This document shows, piece after piece, positions 8,081 through 16,552 of a stretch of DNA of 28,711 bases. The stretch is from the IMG/VR virus record IMGVR_UViG_3300010362_000082, positions 1 through 28,711 of that record, one strand, 5' to 3'. The notes beneath the pieces are model-generated. The model did no database searches. It worked only from the letters and a program-made list of their open reading frames with translations, and was not told the DNA's origin. Numbering within the stretch: the first letter of the stretch is position 1; every line of letters begins with the position of its first letter. The DNA comes from a virus. Taxonomy: Duplodnaviria > Caudoviricetes. The position numbers and the translations under genes were made by a program.

Positions 8081-10431
8081 CGCATCCTCCTCGCGCGAAT
8101 CGTCCCACAGCTTACCGTGCCACCGGCTGCACCGCCTTGACACAGCAGGTTGATGGTGGTGGCGCTCGCCAGCGAGAAACGCGCCTGGGCAGTCAGCGTG
8201 ACAATGCTGCTGGCGGGAGCAGATAGCTGCGCCCACCTGTCGTTGGTCAGATCGAGCGCTGCCGACGTTGAGAGGCTCATAATAATCGTTTGCGCAGCGC
8301 CACCAGCCGCCGCGACGATAGCCCCGGTGATCTCGTAGTCACCCGCAGGCAAGCTGGCGAGCGACGTCACCACCAGCGCAGAACCATTGGGAATGGTCCC
8401 GGACGTCACATTGGAAACGCGGTTCTCTCCGACAAAGCCCACTGCGGCCGCGTCATTGGTGTTGGTGCCCTTGATCGAAACACCGGCAGGCAAGAAGCTG
8501 GCAACGGGATTAACATCATCGCCACCACTAAAGACCTGGAAGCCATTGGTCGTGCCGTTGTTGTAGACTTCCAGATGCTTGTTGGCGTTGACGTACATAC
8601 GAGCAATGATGTCTCCTGCCGTGTTCCACACCTGAAACCCATGCGTGGAATTATCCACGGTCTGTCGCACCTGCCAGATGCGCGCTGCGCCCACCCCCTG
8701 TCCAGGATCGACAATGAGTGGATCGAGCACAAGACCACCAGAGGGGTAGATTCTCACACGCTCCGCGAAGGAGGCGCCGTTCTCGGTGTTGAAGGAGATT
8801 CTGCTGGGCATGTGCCCCGTCGCTGGAGCGCTATCACAAAAGAAGGAGATGCCTGCGCCCGCCACAAAGCCGGTACCGTCGCTGCCCGACCCGCTGAACT
8901 GTGCAAGTGGATCACCCGCCAAGAGCGCACCCTGGGCGCCATAGGCACCGCGGCTGTGCTTCATCGAGAGGACCGGTGAGCCCGCGCCAGCTTGGTAGTC
9001 CTCCATATTGATAGAACAGAGGCCACCCGTCGTGGCCGCTATCCCCAGCGACCCGCCCAGCGTGGCAGGCGGCGCGGCACCACCATTGAATATCTGGAGC
9101 GAGCCACCGTTGGTGATTCGCGCGCGCTCGGCGTAGTTCGTGGCATTATCGGTCCAGAACGTGATGCGTGCGGGGATGTGATTGACGCCCGGCCCAGCAT
9201 CCACGTTCACCTGGATGGAAGCGCCGTTGGAGGTCATGCTGGGGACGCTATCCACGCCCTCGAACGTGATGATCCCGAGATAATCGTTAACCTGCAACGA
9301 GGTAAGCTGTCCGACTGCCGGCCCCCGAGAGTGTCTGAGCGCGATAGCCGCGCCGGATGCCCCCGCTTGATAGCCCTCGATGGCGAACGTCGCGTTGGCG
9401 GTGAGCGCGCCCGCAAGATTCAGATAGCCGCCCATCGAGGATGTGGCGCTCGGCCCAACCACCACACGTCCAAGGCTATCGATGAGGAGCCGCTGGACGA
9501 GGCCAGGACCACCCGCCGGGCGCGTGCTGAAGATCATCTTTCCGGGCACTTGGTTGGACGCCACCGCGCCCTCGACAATCGCGCTGATAAAGGCTCCGGT
9601 GACGAACGCCGCGCCGTCGCTGCCGCGGAACGTGCATTGCCCCAAGCTATCAGCATCAACGACCGCAGCGTGAACACCGACCGTGCCGCTCTTGCTGCGA
9701 TTGCTGGTGTAGCCGAAGCCACCAGCACCGGTACCCCAGTTGATCAGGGCCATGCTGGAGGTGCCATCCAAGCCGTTGACCTGGAGCTTGCCGCCGATAG
9801 ACGCATCGGCAACCGCGGTGTGCCCTATCACCGTATTGGTGCCGTTGAAGAAGTTCTTCCCGGTCCAGAGATTGTCGGCCGCCAGGAGCCCCACGTTGGC
9901 CGCGGCGTAAGCAACCACGAAAGCGCTGGTGGCAACGCTCGTGTCATTGTCTCCGAGAGGTGGCGTGGGCGCGGTCGGATTCCCGGTCATCACCAGATCA
10001 GGGATCCGAATGCTTCCGCCACCAAGCGCCTGGATGACCGGATTGCCAGCAACCGATCCCGCCATAGAGATGTAGCGCGTTGCCCCGGCCGGGCCGGTGA
10101 TGGATGCCTGCAACGCGCCATTGCTGTAGAAGTTGTTCCCACCGCTACCCTTGGGAATGAAGTTCAGGTTGATGTCGTTGTCCGGGCCGGACGCCACCAT
10201 CGAGATGCTCTGCGAGCCGGGGTCGCCAGGAGAGAGTGTCCAGGTGTCCCCGCCCAGCATGTTGCTGACGGTAAGCGTGCCGTACACGTGAGGATTGTTG
10301 CGCGGCACGAAGTAGTCGCCACCGTAAAGCTCGGTGAACATTGCGTTGGCCTTCTGCATAGCCAAACGCACGGGATCGCCGGTGCCATCGTTGGGGAATG
10401 CACCAACATTGATGATCTGCTGGCCCATCAC
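8077..10431 (-). CDS. Tail fibre / receptor-binding protein
   Basis: N-terminal QQIINVGAFPNDGTGDPVRLAMQKANAMFTELY is a T4 gp9/gp10-like attachment motif. It also has the fibre repeat TGNPTAPTPPLGDNDTSVATSAFV, three ~120-aa Gly-rich internal repeats and a C-terminal KGTNTNDAAAVGFVGE. Confidence 0.85.
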   Translation of the reverse strand: MMGQQIINVGAFPNDGTGDPVRLAMQKANAMFTELYGGDYFVPRNNPHVYGTLTVSNMLGGDTWTLSPGDPGSQSISMVASGPDNDINLNFIPKGSGGNNFYSNGALQASITGPAGATRYISMAGSVAGNPVIQALGGGSIRIPDLVMTGNPTAPTPPLGDNDTSVATSAFVVAYAAANVGLLAADNLWTGKNFFNGTNTVIGHTAVADASIGGKLQVNGLDGTSSMALINWGTGAGGFGYTSNRSKSGTVGVHAAVVDADSLGQCTFRGSDGAAFVTGAFISAIVEGAVASNQVPGKMIFSTRPAGGPGLVQRLLIDSLGRVVVGPSATSSMGGYLNLAGALTANATFAIEGYQAGASGAAIALRHSRGPAVGQLTSLQVNDYLGIITFEGVDSVPSMTSNGASIQVNVDAGPGVNHIPARITFWTDNATNYAERARITNGGSLQIFNGGAAPPATLGGSLGIAATTGGLCSINMEDYQAGAGSPVLSMKHSRGAYGAQGALLAGDPLAQFSGSGSDGTGFVAGAGISFFCDSAPATGHMPSRISFNTENGASFAERVRIYPSGGLVLDPLIVDPGQGVGAARIWQVRQTVDNSTHGFQVWNTAGDIIARMYVNANKHLEVYNNGTTNGFQVFSGGDDVNPVASFLPAGVSIKGTNTNDAAAVGFVGENRVSNVTSGTIPNGSALVVTSLASLPAGDYEITGAIVAAAGGAAQTIIMSLSTSAALDLTNDRWAQLSAPASSIVTLTAQARFSLASATTINLLCQGGAAGGTVSCGTIRARRMR

Positions 10432-10763
10432 TTTATCCAGTTGCTATCGACGGTGTGCTTGGTGTCGTCACAGGTGATCTTGTCGGTATCGACCGAGAAC
10501 CAGAACTCCTCCTTCTCGCTTCTCGGGTTGAGAATGGGTACCGGGTCGGGCGGCAGCACAATCGGACGGAGCGTGGGGTTGGGCGTGTCCCAGCAAGTAT
10601 CACAAACGAGGTACCCGGTGCGCTCGATCTGGCGGCCGCGCCACTGGACCTCCCACTTCAAGTCGCGATGATTGTAGAGAAAGCCGCAACGATCACAGAT
10701 GGCAAACGCGGATGGCGACCGCGGGTCGACCGAAGCATGACCCTTGGGTGCGAAGCTGCCCAT
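10428..10763 (-). CDS. Conserved Cys4 (Zn-binding) virion-module protein
   Basis: CDRCGF...VCDTCWD-x-PNP...LPPDPVPILNPR. Confidence 0.75.
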   Translation of the reverse strand: MGSFAPKGHASVDPRSPSAFAICDRCGFLYNHRDLKWEVQWRGRQIERTGYLVCDTCWDTPNPTLRPIVLPPDPVPILNPRSEKEEFWFSVDTDKITCDDTKHTVDSNWIK

Positions 10764-10765
10764 GA

Positions 10766-11485
10766 TCAGTACACCTGGGAAGTGTACGTGCTCAGTGCGG
10801 GCACGATGCGCAGCGGCGCCTTCTCGACGTCACGCTCCTTGGCGTTCTTGAAGGTGTTGGCAGCGCGCAGCGCAAGCTCCTCCATGCGCGCAGGCGCGTA
10901 GAGTTCAGCCAGCTTGAACGCAAGCGCGGCAATGTAGGCTTCGAGGAACCGATAGGGCACCTCGGCCTGGAGCCCGCGCGGCATCGAAGCATCCTGGATC
11001 TGGCGCGCGCGATAGAACTTGAGGACCCGGTCTTCCTTGTCGTCGGGCGGCTCCCAGAGCGTGATCTTCGGGAGGATCAGGCTCTGATACCAGTACACCG
11101 TGGGGTCGCCGGGCTTGGTCTTGTCCGGGAACGCCGCATAGGTGTCGCGGTCGATGGACGTCAGCATGCGATCTTTGGGGCGTCCATCCGGCGGGTACGT
11201 CGTCTCGATCCAAGCCGCCATGATCATGATGGTGGCCGGGTCCACGTCATAGGTGTCCTGCCCTGGCACCAGGGGAATGCTCTGGAGGTCCACGGTCCAG
11301 AGATTGACCTGTTCATTGGCCCACTCGACCTGCACGAGGTTGGCCGACATCGCGGCATCGCGCAGGTGGTCCGCGCTGATGGCCGCACGCCTGATCTGGC
11401 AACGGCCGTAGGCGTTGATGAAGACATCGCCTAGCGTGGGCGCGAAGTCGAAGGTTCCGCTGGAGTTGCTGCCCGCTGCTGCCAT
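10766..11485 (-). CDS. Head-tail connector / adaptor protein
   Basis: SSGTFDF..., EWAN..VNLWT, G-x-PT-x-YWY, ITLW-x-P and EVPYRFLEAY..LA motifs; located after the capsid genes. Confidence 0.7.
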   Translation of the reverse strand: MAAAGSNSSGTFDFAPTLGDVFINAYGRCQIRRAAISADHLRDAAMSANLVQVEWANEQVNLWTVDLQSIPLVPGQDTYDVDPATIMIMAAWIETTYPPDGRPKDRMLTSIDRDTYAAFPDKTKPGDPTVYWYQSLILPKITLWEPPDDKEDRVLKFYRARQIQDASMPRGLQAEVPYRFLEAYIAALAFKLAELYAPARMEELALRAANTFKNAKERDVEKAPLRIVPALSTYTSQVY

Positions 11486-11503
11486 CTCACCGCGCGCCTC
11501 CGC

Positions 11504-11755
11504 TCAACCCACAACAACAATGGGAATAGGAGTGACAGGAGCCAACGGTCCACCCGCGACCAGCGACATGTACTGCGCCTGCACCGGGGCAATCGGATAC
11601 GAGCCGTCATTGGGCTTGGTCACCACCGGCTGGACCGCCACCGGCGCCAGCGGCACCGTCCCGGCGGGGACAAGGATCACCGGAATCGCATTGACCGGCG
11701 CATGCGGCACAGCGCCCATGTTCTGGATCGGGATCGCATTGGTCGGGGCGACCAT
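11504..11755 (-). CDS. Small Pro/Val-rich protein (83 aa) with AP(V/T)xAIP(V/I) repeats
   Basis: GGAGG RBS precedes ATG at 11755. Repeats: APTNAIPI, APVNAIPV, APVAVQPV, APVQAQYM, APVTPIPI. Confidence 0.75.
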   Translation of the reverse strand: MVAPTNAIPIQNMGAVPHAPVNAIPVILVPAGTVPLAPVAVQPVVTKPNDGSYPIAPVQAQYMSLVAGGPLAPVTPIPIVVVG

Positions 11756-11771
11756 CTGTTCCTCCAAAAGT

Positions 11772-11846
11772 GGAGAGACTGGTTGCCACGGGAGGACCGT
11801 CTAGGCCGCCAGTCTCTCCCACCCCTGCGGGCGTGCGGACGCAGGG
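11772..11846 (-). terminator. Tandem hairpins (possible terminator/attenuator) between the head and neck genes
   Basis: Inverted repeats ccctgcg/cgcaggg (11823-11846) and ggagagactgg/ccagtctctcc (11772-11819), followed on the minus strand by CTTTT and then the GGAGG RBS. Confidence 0.55.
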
Positions 11847-11851
11847 CAGTC

Positions 11852-12451
11852 TCAACTCACATTCATGCCGGGAAACTTGGCTTTCACCTTTCGTTTGATG
11901 GTGGCCAGTTGACCGGGCGAGGCATGCTGCACACCACGCTGGAGCGCGGAGCGTGCGTGACCCTCGTCCGGGATCGGATATGACCCAGCGCCAGCGCCCT
12001 TCGGACCCTTGCCTGCGCCGGGTAGCGCAAAGTCCGAACTGGGGAGGGACTGACGCTGGGAGGCAGAGAGCTTGCCGCCGTTCTTCATCCCCTCGTCCTT
12101 CATGAGTGGATCGAAGTCGTAGCCCTTCTCGAAGCCCTGATTGTGTATTTCATATCCCGAAGCCTTGACGTCATCAGCGGCCTTCTGGCGAACGGCATCA
12201 CGAAGCGCATTGCTTTGTCCCTTCGCCTCGTTAAACCGACCAACCATATCTTCCATAATAGTGACTGGCGGAGTGCGACGGAGTGTGCGCCGCGCCTTCT
12301 CGGCCTCGGTAAACTCACTCCGCAACGGCGCCTTGGGCGCCGCAATAGGCCCACCACTAGCTTTACGATCCACACGTCTGCGCGCGTTGCCGCCCGCCAC
12401 CTTGCTGGGTGGCGCCGCCTTCTTCTTGCGTTTCGCAGCGAAGAGATTCAT
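11852..12451 (-). CDS. Basic protein with GG motifs and a C-terminal DUF6582-like domain
   Basis: KVAGGNARRRVDRKASGGPI and MKNGGKL, then LSASQRQSLPSSDFALPG...YPIPDEGHARSALQR. Confidence 0.75.
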   Translation of the reverse strand: MNLFAAKRKKKAAPPSKVAGGNARRRVDRKASGGPIAAPKAPLRSEFTEAEKARRTLRRTPPVTIMEDMVGRFNEAKGQSNALRDAVRQKAADDVKASGYEIHNQGFEKGYDFDPLMKDEGMKNGGKLSASQRQSLPSSDFALPGAGKGPKGAGAGSYPIPDEGHARSALQRGVQHASPGQLATIKRKVKAKFPGMNVS

Positions 12452-12687
12452 CGACTGACGAAACCTCCCCGCCGAAAGTGCCCGGAACGGTCCGCGCGCT
12501 TGGGCGCGGTCCCGCCGGATACCTTCCCGGGACTAAAGCTGTCGCTGTGCGTGAACGAGTTGGACGTGATGCGCCGGGGACCGCGCGATTTCGACGGCGG
12601 CTCCGGCGCACTGATCTTGTCCGGCGGCACACCTACGAAGTTGTCGCGCTCGTCGCGCGGCGAGTTGCCCAGCGGACCCTTTGCCAT
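12448..12687 (-). CDS. Small basic disordered protein with a C-terminal GG motif
   Basis: GAGGAGG RBS directly after the MCP stop; ends KVSGGTAPKRADRSGHFRRGGFVSR. Confidence 0.8.
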   Translation of the reverse strand: MAKGPLGNSPRDERDNFVGVPPDKISAPEPPSKSRGPRRITSNSFTHSDSFSPGKVSGGTAPKRADRSGHFRRGGFVSR

Positions 12688-12696
12688 GCGTCCTCC

Positions 12697-13608
12697 TCAG
12701 GACGTCGGATACGTCCCATAAACTGCACGCCAATCAAAGTACGAGAACGTATAGCGCTCGCGTCCTTTGACCTTGAGATTGTCGGTGTCGAAGTCGACGT
12801 ACATGTCCATCTCGAAGGGAACGCGGTCGTAGTAAATCAGCCCGCGCTTGTCGGTCTTGATGAACCACGCGAAGTTCGAGGTCAGGAACTCGTTGACCAT
12901 GTAATCGCGCAGACCACCACCAACGTGCTTGATGGCGTTGACGTCGTTGTCGTTGGTGCCAGGACGTAGCTCCGTACGCAGCAGTCGCACGGCGACCGAC
13001 TCCAGAGCGGCCGGGACCACCAGCAACTCGGCGCGTGCCGTGATCTTGATGTTGCGCTCGTCCACCCAGTTGTTGCGGATGGTGGTCATTGCAGTGAGCA
13101 AGGTGCTCTCGTTGAGATCGACCTCGGTGGTCGGCTTGTTGCCGATGGAGCCCACATCGATGGGGTGATCCGTCGCAAACAGCGCCTTGAAGTCGCCACC
13201 CACGCTCTGGTCATAGACGTTGCCGACATTGAAGATGTTGGCGGCGTAGATTTCCTTGGTGACCGCGAAGACGTCTTGCAGGCCCAGGTTCGACGGATTG
13301 AACTCCGAGCGGTATTGGTTATCTTCAACGGCCTTCCTGGTGATGATGTAGCCGAGCGACAATTCCCGCATCTCGGCGCTGTACATCCAACGCTCACCCG
13401 CCCTCTCATCGAAGTAGGTGGAAGCGCCCTCGCCTTTCTCCTTCGCCAACGGCAAGTATGCCATCTGGGTACGGCGTTCGAGCGCCATCTTGGAGTTGCG
13501 TTTCTCGAAGCAGCGAGACCACTTGGTCTCGATCTTCTTGTAGCGGCCTTCCACGGCGGCGAGGCCGGGGAAGAGTTCGTTCTTGATCGATGCAAGATCG
13601 ATAGCCAT
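12697..13608 (-). CDS. Major capsid protein (HK97 fold)
   Basis: 303 aa; ELFPGL, KGEG, LGYIITRKAVEDN, LFATDHP, LVVP-x-AL, NDVNAI, AWFIKTD, DFDTDN-x-K-x-K-x-RERY-x-F..DWR. Confidence 0.93.
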   Translation of the reverse strand: MAIDLASIKNELFPGLAAVEGRYKKIETKWSRCFEKRNSKMALERRTQMAYLPLAKEKGEGASTYFDERAGERWMYSAEMRELSLGYIITRKAVEDNQYRSEFNPSNLGLQDVFAVTKEIYAANIFNVGNVYDQSVGGDFKALFATDHPIDVGSIGNKPTTEVDLNESTLLTAMTTIRNNWVDERNIKITARAELLVVPAALESVAVRLLRTELRPGTNDNDVNAIKHVGGGLRDYMVNEFLTSNFAWFIKTDKRGLIYYDRVPFEMDMYVDFDTDNLKVKGRERYTFSYFDWRAVYGTYPTS

Positions 13609-13639
13609 GGATTACCCCTTTCCTCGGCCTTTGACGCCG

Positions 13640-14224
13640 TTAGATGCCGATAGCCGGACCCTTCATGAACATGTCGTTCCAGGACACCTCGACGATGTTG
13701 TTCGCGCTGGCGGCGTCGTAGCCATCGCTGATGAACACGCCGTTGTTGCCGAGACCGATGATCTTGAAGGGGAAGTTGGTTGAGCCGGTGGTGGTGGGCG
13801 CACCGAGTGCCCACTTGGAGAAGCCGGTGGTGGACGGGTTCACCACGATGTCGGCGTTGGCGCCGATGTCGGCCATGGTGATCGGTCCGGCGCTCGCCAT
13901 GACCTCGAACACCACGTTGGGATCATCGATGAGAAAGACATCGACCAGCCCGACCGCGCCCGCGCCGGGCCAGTAGTTGGTCCAGATCGGATAGCCAAGC
14001 GCGCTCGACAGGAAGCGGAAGCCGTCGACCACGCCGCGCATGAGATGACCATCGGCGGCGGCGGAAGCCGCGACCGTGCCGTCAGCAAGCGCCTTCACGC
14101 AATCGCCCCGGTTCAGAGCGCTTGCGGTGTTCTGCATCTTGACTTGAGTGAGATTGCCCGACCACGCCGCGCCATCCTGGCGCCGGATAGGACGGAATCC
14201 GAACGGAGCGTTGGTGTTGGCCAT
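13640..14224 (-). CDS. Head accessory / decoration protein upstream of the MCP
   Basis: MANTNAPFGFRP start, DDPNVVFEV and IGANAD motifs, and conserved position before the MCP. Confidence 0.7.
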   Translation of the reverse strand: MANTNAPFGFRPIRRQDGAAWSGNLTQVKMQNTASALNRGDCVKALADGTVAASAAADGHLMRGVVDGFRFLSSALGYPIWTNYWPGAGAVGLVDVFLIDDPNVVFEVMASAGPITMADIGANADIVVNPSTTGFSKWALGAPTTTGSTNFPFKIIGLGNNGVFISDGYDAASANNIVEVSWNDMFMKGPAIGI

Positions 14225-14233
14225 AAGCTGGCT

Positions 14234-14317
14234 CCCCTTGCAAGAGGGTTACCGGCCTTGGCAAGCATTGCCGCGTCCGTGGACGGGTTCAACGTCCAGG
14301 CATTGGACGGCCCGGGT
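14234..14317 (-). promoter_or_regulatory. Candidate structured mRNA leader upstream of the capsid genes
   Basis: Hairpins at 14293-14309, 14274-14285 and 14260-14272 are enclosed by a 14251-14257/14309-14317 stem. A further hairpin at 14234-14248 covers the RBS. Confidence 0.5.
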
Positions 14318-14878
14318 CTAGTCCGGGACTTCTATCGCCTCTCGTGGGAGAGGCTCGATGGAGGACCGAATCACCGGCTTCATGCGCGTGTGCTGGCCCT
14401 CTGGCGTTTCCGCCATCTTCTCGCGATGTACCTGCATGGCACGAGTCGCGCGGCCATAATCCTCTTTGCGCGCCTGCGCTGTCAAGCGCATCGGCCGGTG
14501 CATCAGGATCATGTCGTTGACCCGGACCGAGCCTTCCTCACCTGCCGGAGCAAAGCGACCGGGAAAGTCGCTGTGCATGACGGGGCGCCAGCCCTGGTCC
14601 TCGTGCGCGTGATATTGCGAGTAGTTCTTCTTGCCATAGGTTTCGTACGCCTTCCACTCGAAGTCCACCTCGTACTGGATGTTGCCCCTGGAGGGGTCGC
14701 CATTGGTGGGCGCGTAGGCGTTCTTGATGTCATCGATGTTGTACGGGTCGACCACCTGTTCGCCGGTGCGGTTACGCACGCGACCATCGTCCTGGAGCCC
14801 GGGCGGCAGGCTGGGACGCTCATGGGTGCGCTCCGATGGACGCGCGTCCATGGGCGGCGGGGAGGGAATCCGGTTCAT
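14318..14878 (-). CDS. Conserved head-module hypothetical protein (186 aa)
   Basis: GWRPV and MILMHRP motifs; lies between the scaffold and decoration genes; AGGAG RBS. Confidence 0.8.
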   Translation of the reverse strand: MNRIPSPPPMDARPSERTHERPSLPPGLQDDGRVRNRTGEQVVDPYNIDDIKNAYAPTNGDPSRGNIQYEVDFEWKAYETYGKKNYSQYHAHEDQGWRPVMHSDFPGRFAPAGEEGSVRVNDMILMHRPMRLTAQARKEDYGRATRAMQVHREKMAETPEGQHTRMKPVIRSSIEPLPREAIEVPD

Positions 14879-14888
14879 TGCACGTCTC

Positions 14889-15833
14889 CTACGTGATCGG
14901 CGTGATGCGGCCCTCTTTCAGGAGCCGGACATAATTGGTCGCCCACTCCTGCGGGGAAACACCCTGTTCGTCCGCGAGGCGCCGCATCTTCGGCGTCATC
15001 CGGAAGGTGCCGGGCGAGAGATTGTCCGATCCAGGCCCCGGCCCGCGCGCGACCGGCGCGGAGTAGCCAGGGATCTTGACCTCGCCCCGCTCACCACCAC
15101 CGCCGCCGTTGGGGATGATCTGCTCGATGCGCCGGAAATACGCCTCGCTGTCCACCGCGTGGCCTTCGTCCAACGCCTGCTCGTGCGCGCGGATGGCATA
15201 GCCCTTGAGCGTGCCGTCGCCGCGGATGAGATCGGGATGCTTGCGCAGGAACTGCTGGGTGGCCGCGGTGCGCCCCTGGATCGCGCGCTCGATGGGGTCG
15301 GACGGCTGCTGCCGCGGCTGCTGTTGTTGCTGGCGGGGCTGTTGCTGTTGCTGGCGCCGCTGTGGCTGTTGCTGGCGTTGCTGCGCCAGCGCCTCCTTCT
15401 CACGCTCACGGATGGCAAGCTGGCCACCCAGGCGCCCCATCTGCTGATTGAGCTTGGCCGCCGCCTTGAAGTCGCCGTCGTTCATGGCGGCCTCGGCCTG
15501 GGCGGAAAGGTTCTCCATCTCCGCCGCCATGCCGTTGATCTGACCCTCGACCCACGCCTCGTAATTGGTGCCGCTGCGGCGCTCCGCCTCGTGGGCATAG
15601 GCCACCGCATTGTCACGCTCGCCCGCCAGCCGCCGGGCTTGCTCCTGGAGCCGCTCGTTCTCCCGACGCCCAGCTTCGAGACGTTGCTCCAGGTCGCGGA
15701 GCCCGACCTGGGGCTCGACCCTGCCTTCGACCTTGGCCTCGGTCTTTCCACCAGGACCCGGTACCGGCTCTGGCTTCTCGTCGCCCTCCGGCACGCTCAG
15801 ATCGACTACGAGGTCCTCATCCAACTCACCCAT
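14889..15833 (-). CDS. Putative capsid scaffolding protein
   Basis: Acidic N-terminus, long coiled coil, Q-rich linker, YFRRIEQ, and C-terminal MTPKMRRLADEQGVSPQEWA; located between portal and MCP. Confidence 0.75.
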   Translation of the reverse strand: MGELDEDLVVDLSVPEGDEKPEPVPGPGGKTEAKVEGRVEPQVGLRDLEQRLEAGRRENERLQEQARRLAGERDNAVAYAHEAERRSGTNYEAWVEGQINGMAAEMENLSAQAEAAMNDGDFKAAAKLNQQMGRLGGQLAIREREKEALAQQRQQQPQRRQQQQQPRQQQQQPRQQPSDPIERAIQGRTAATQQFLRKHPDLIRGDGTLKGYAIRAHEQALDEGHAVDSEAYFRRIEQIIPNGGGGGERGEVKIPGYSAPVARGPGPGSDNLSPGTFRMTPKMRRLADEQGVSPQEWATNYVRLLKEGRITPIT

Positions 15834-15866
15834 CTCCTCCTCCCGATAATTGCTTAGGCAACTAAG

Positions 15867-16334
15867 CTAATAGACCAGTTTCGGATCCTTCACGCGCGCG
15901 ATGATCTGCACGTCTTTCATCCAGCGACAGTGAATGCGGTTGACGGTGAACTGGCGGGCGTCGTGGATGTCCCATTGCACCCAGTCACCGACCTCGATCT
16001 TGAAACCGCCGAACTTAAGATCGCCCTCGTCGCGGAACGCCAGCGGCCCCAGGCCGATGACCAGACCGACCTTGCCCTGCCAGAGCGCCTCGTCCTGCGA
16101 GGACGGCGCCCGGTGGAAGCGCGTGCCGCCCGGCATCAGTTCGAAGGCGGGCAGGTAGTAGGTCGCACAAATCACCAGATCGCGGGTGTACTCGCTGTTG
16201 GCGATGGCGAGCGCGCAGCGCGACATCAGGAACTCTTTCGGGTCCTCGGCGTACTCCTCGGCTTCGTCGTCATTGCGCCAGGGCAGTTGCGGCCCCTGCG
16301 CCATCGTCGTGATTGCTGTGAGTGCCATGCTCAC
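15867..16334 (-). CDS. groES: GroES/Cpn10-like co-chaperonin
   Basis: GKVGLVIGLGPLAF...IEVGDWV...CRWMKDVQIIARV matches the cpn10 pattern G-x-V-x-x-x-G...V-x-VGD-x-V...DI-x-A-x-V. Confidence 0.72.
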   Translation of the reverse strand: MSMALTAITTMAQGPQLPWRNDDEAEEYAEDPKEFLMSRCALAIANSEYTRDLVICATYYLPAFELMPGGTRFHRAPSSQDEALWQGKVGLVIGLGPLAFRDEGDLKFGGFKIEVGDWVQWDIHDARQFTVNRIHCRWMKDVQIIARVKDPKLVY

Positions 16335-16546
16335 TCCCTCTTTGCCATCTCAGCGGCGATGCGGCTCATTTCCTTGCGCACGGCCTCGAAAGCGGTGATC
16401 TCGCCCTTCATGCGCTGGAAATCTTCCCAGGTCTGGGCCGCTACGATGTTCTCGTACAGGCCCCTGGTATTCTCATCTCCATTCAGAGTCCGGAGGATGG
16501 AGCGCTCCAACTCTCCCCTGAACGTACTGTCAGCGCGGTCGAGCAT
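16331..16546 (-). CDS. Small helical hypothetical protein (71 aa)
   Basis: Coupled to the groES-like gene; AQTWEDFQRMKGEITAF motif. Confidence 0.75.
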   Translation of the reverse strand: MLDRADSTFRGELERSILRTLNGDENTRGLYENIVAAQTWEDFQRMKGEITAFEAVRKEMSRIAAEMAKRE

Positions 16547-16552
16547 CTCGCG

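Noticed and set aside
8992-10671. 559-aa plus-strand ORF and other long antisense ORFs (14724-15857, 18853-19824, 25595-26929)
   Set aside because: They lie antisense to well-supported genes, which is expected in high-GC DNA, and show no recognisable motifs.
14250-14317. Cloverleaf-like fold as a tRNA
   Set aside because: There is no T-loop GTTCRA, D-loop GG, 7-nt anticodon loop or CCA end.
15852-15867. gcttag-gcaa-ctaagc hairpin as a terminator
   Set aside because: It is a short 6-bp stem with no U-tract on the coding strand; insufficient support.
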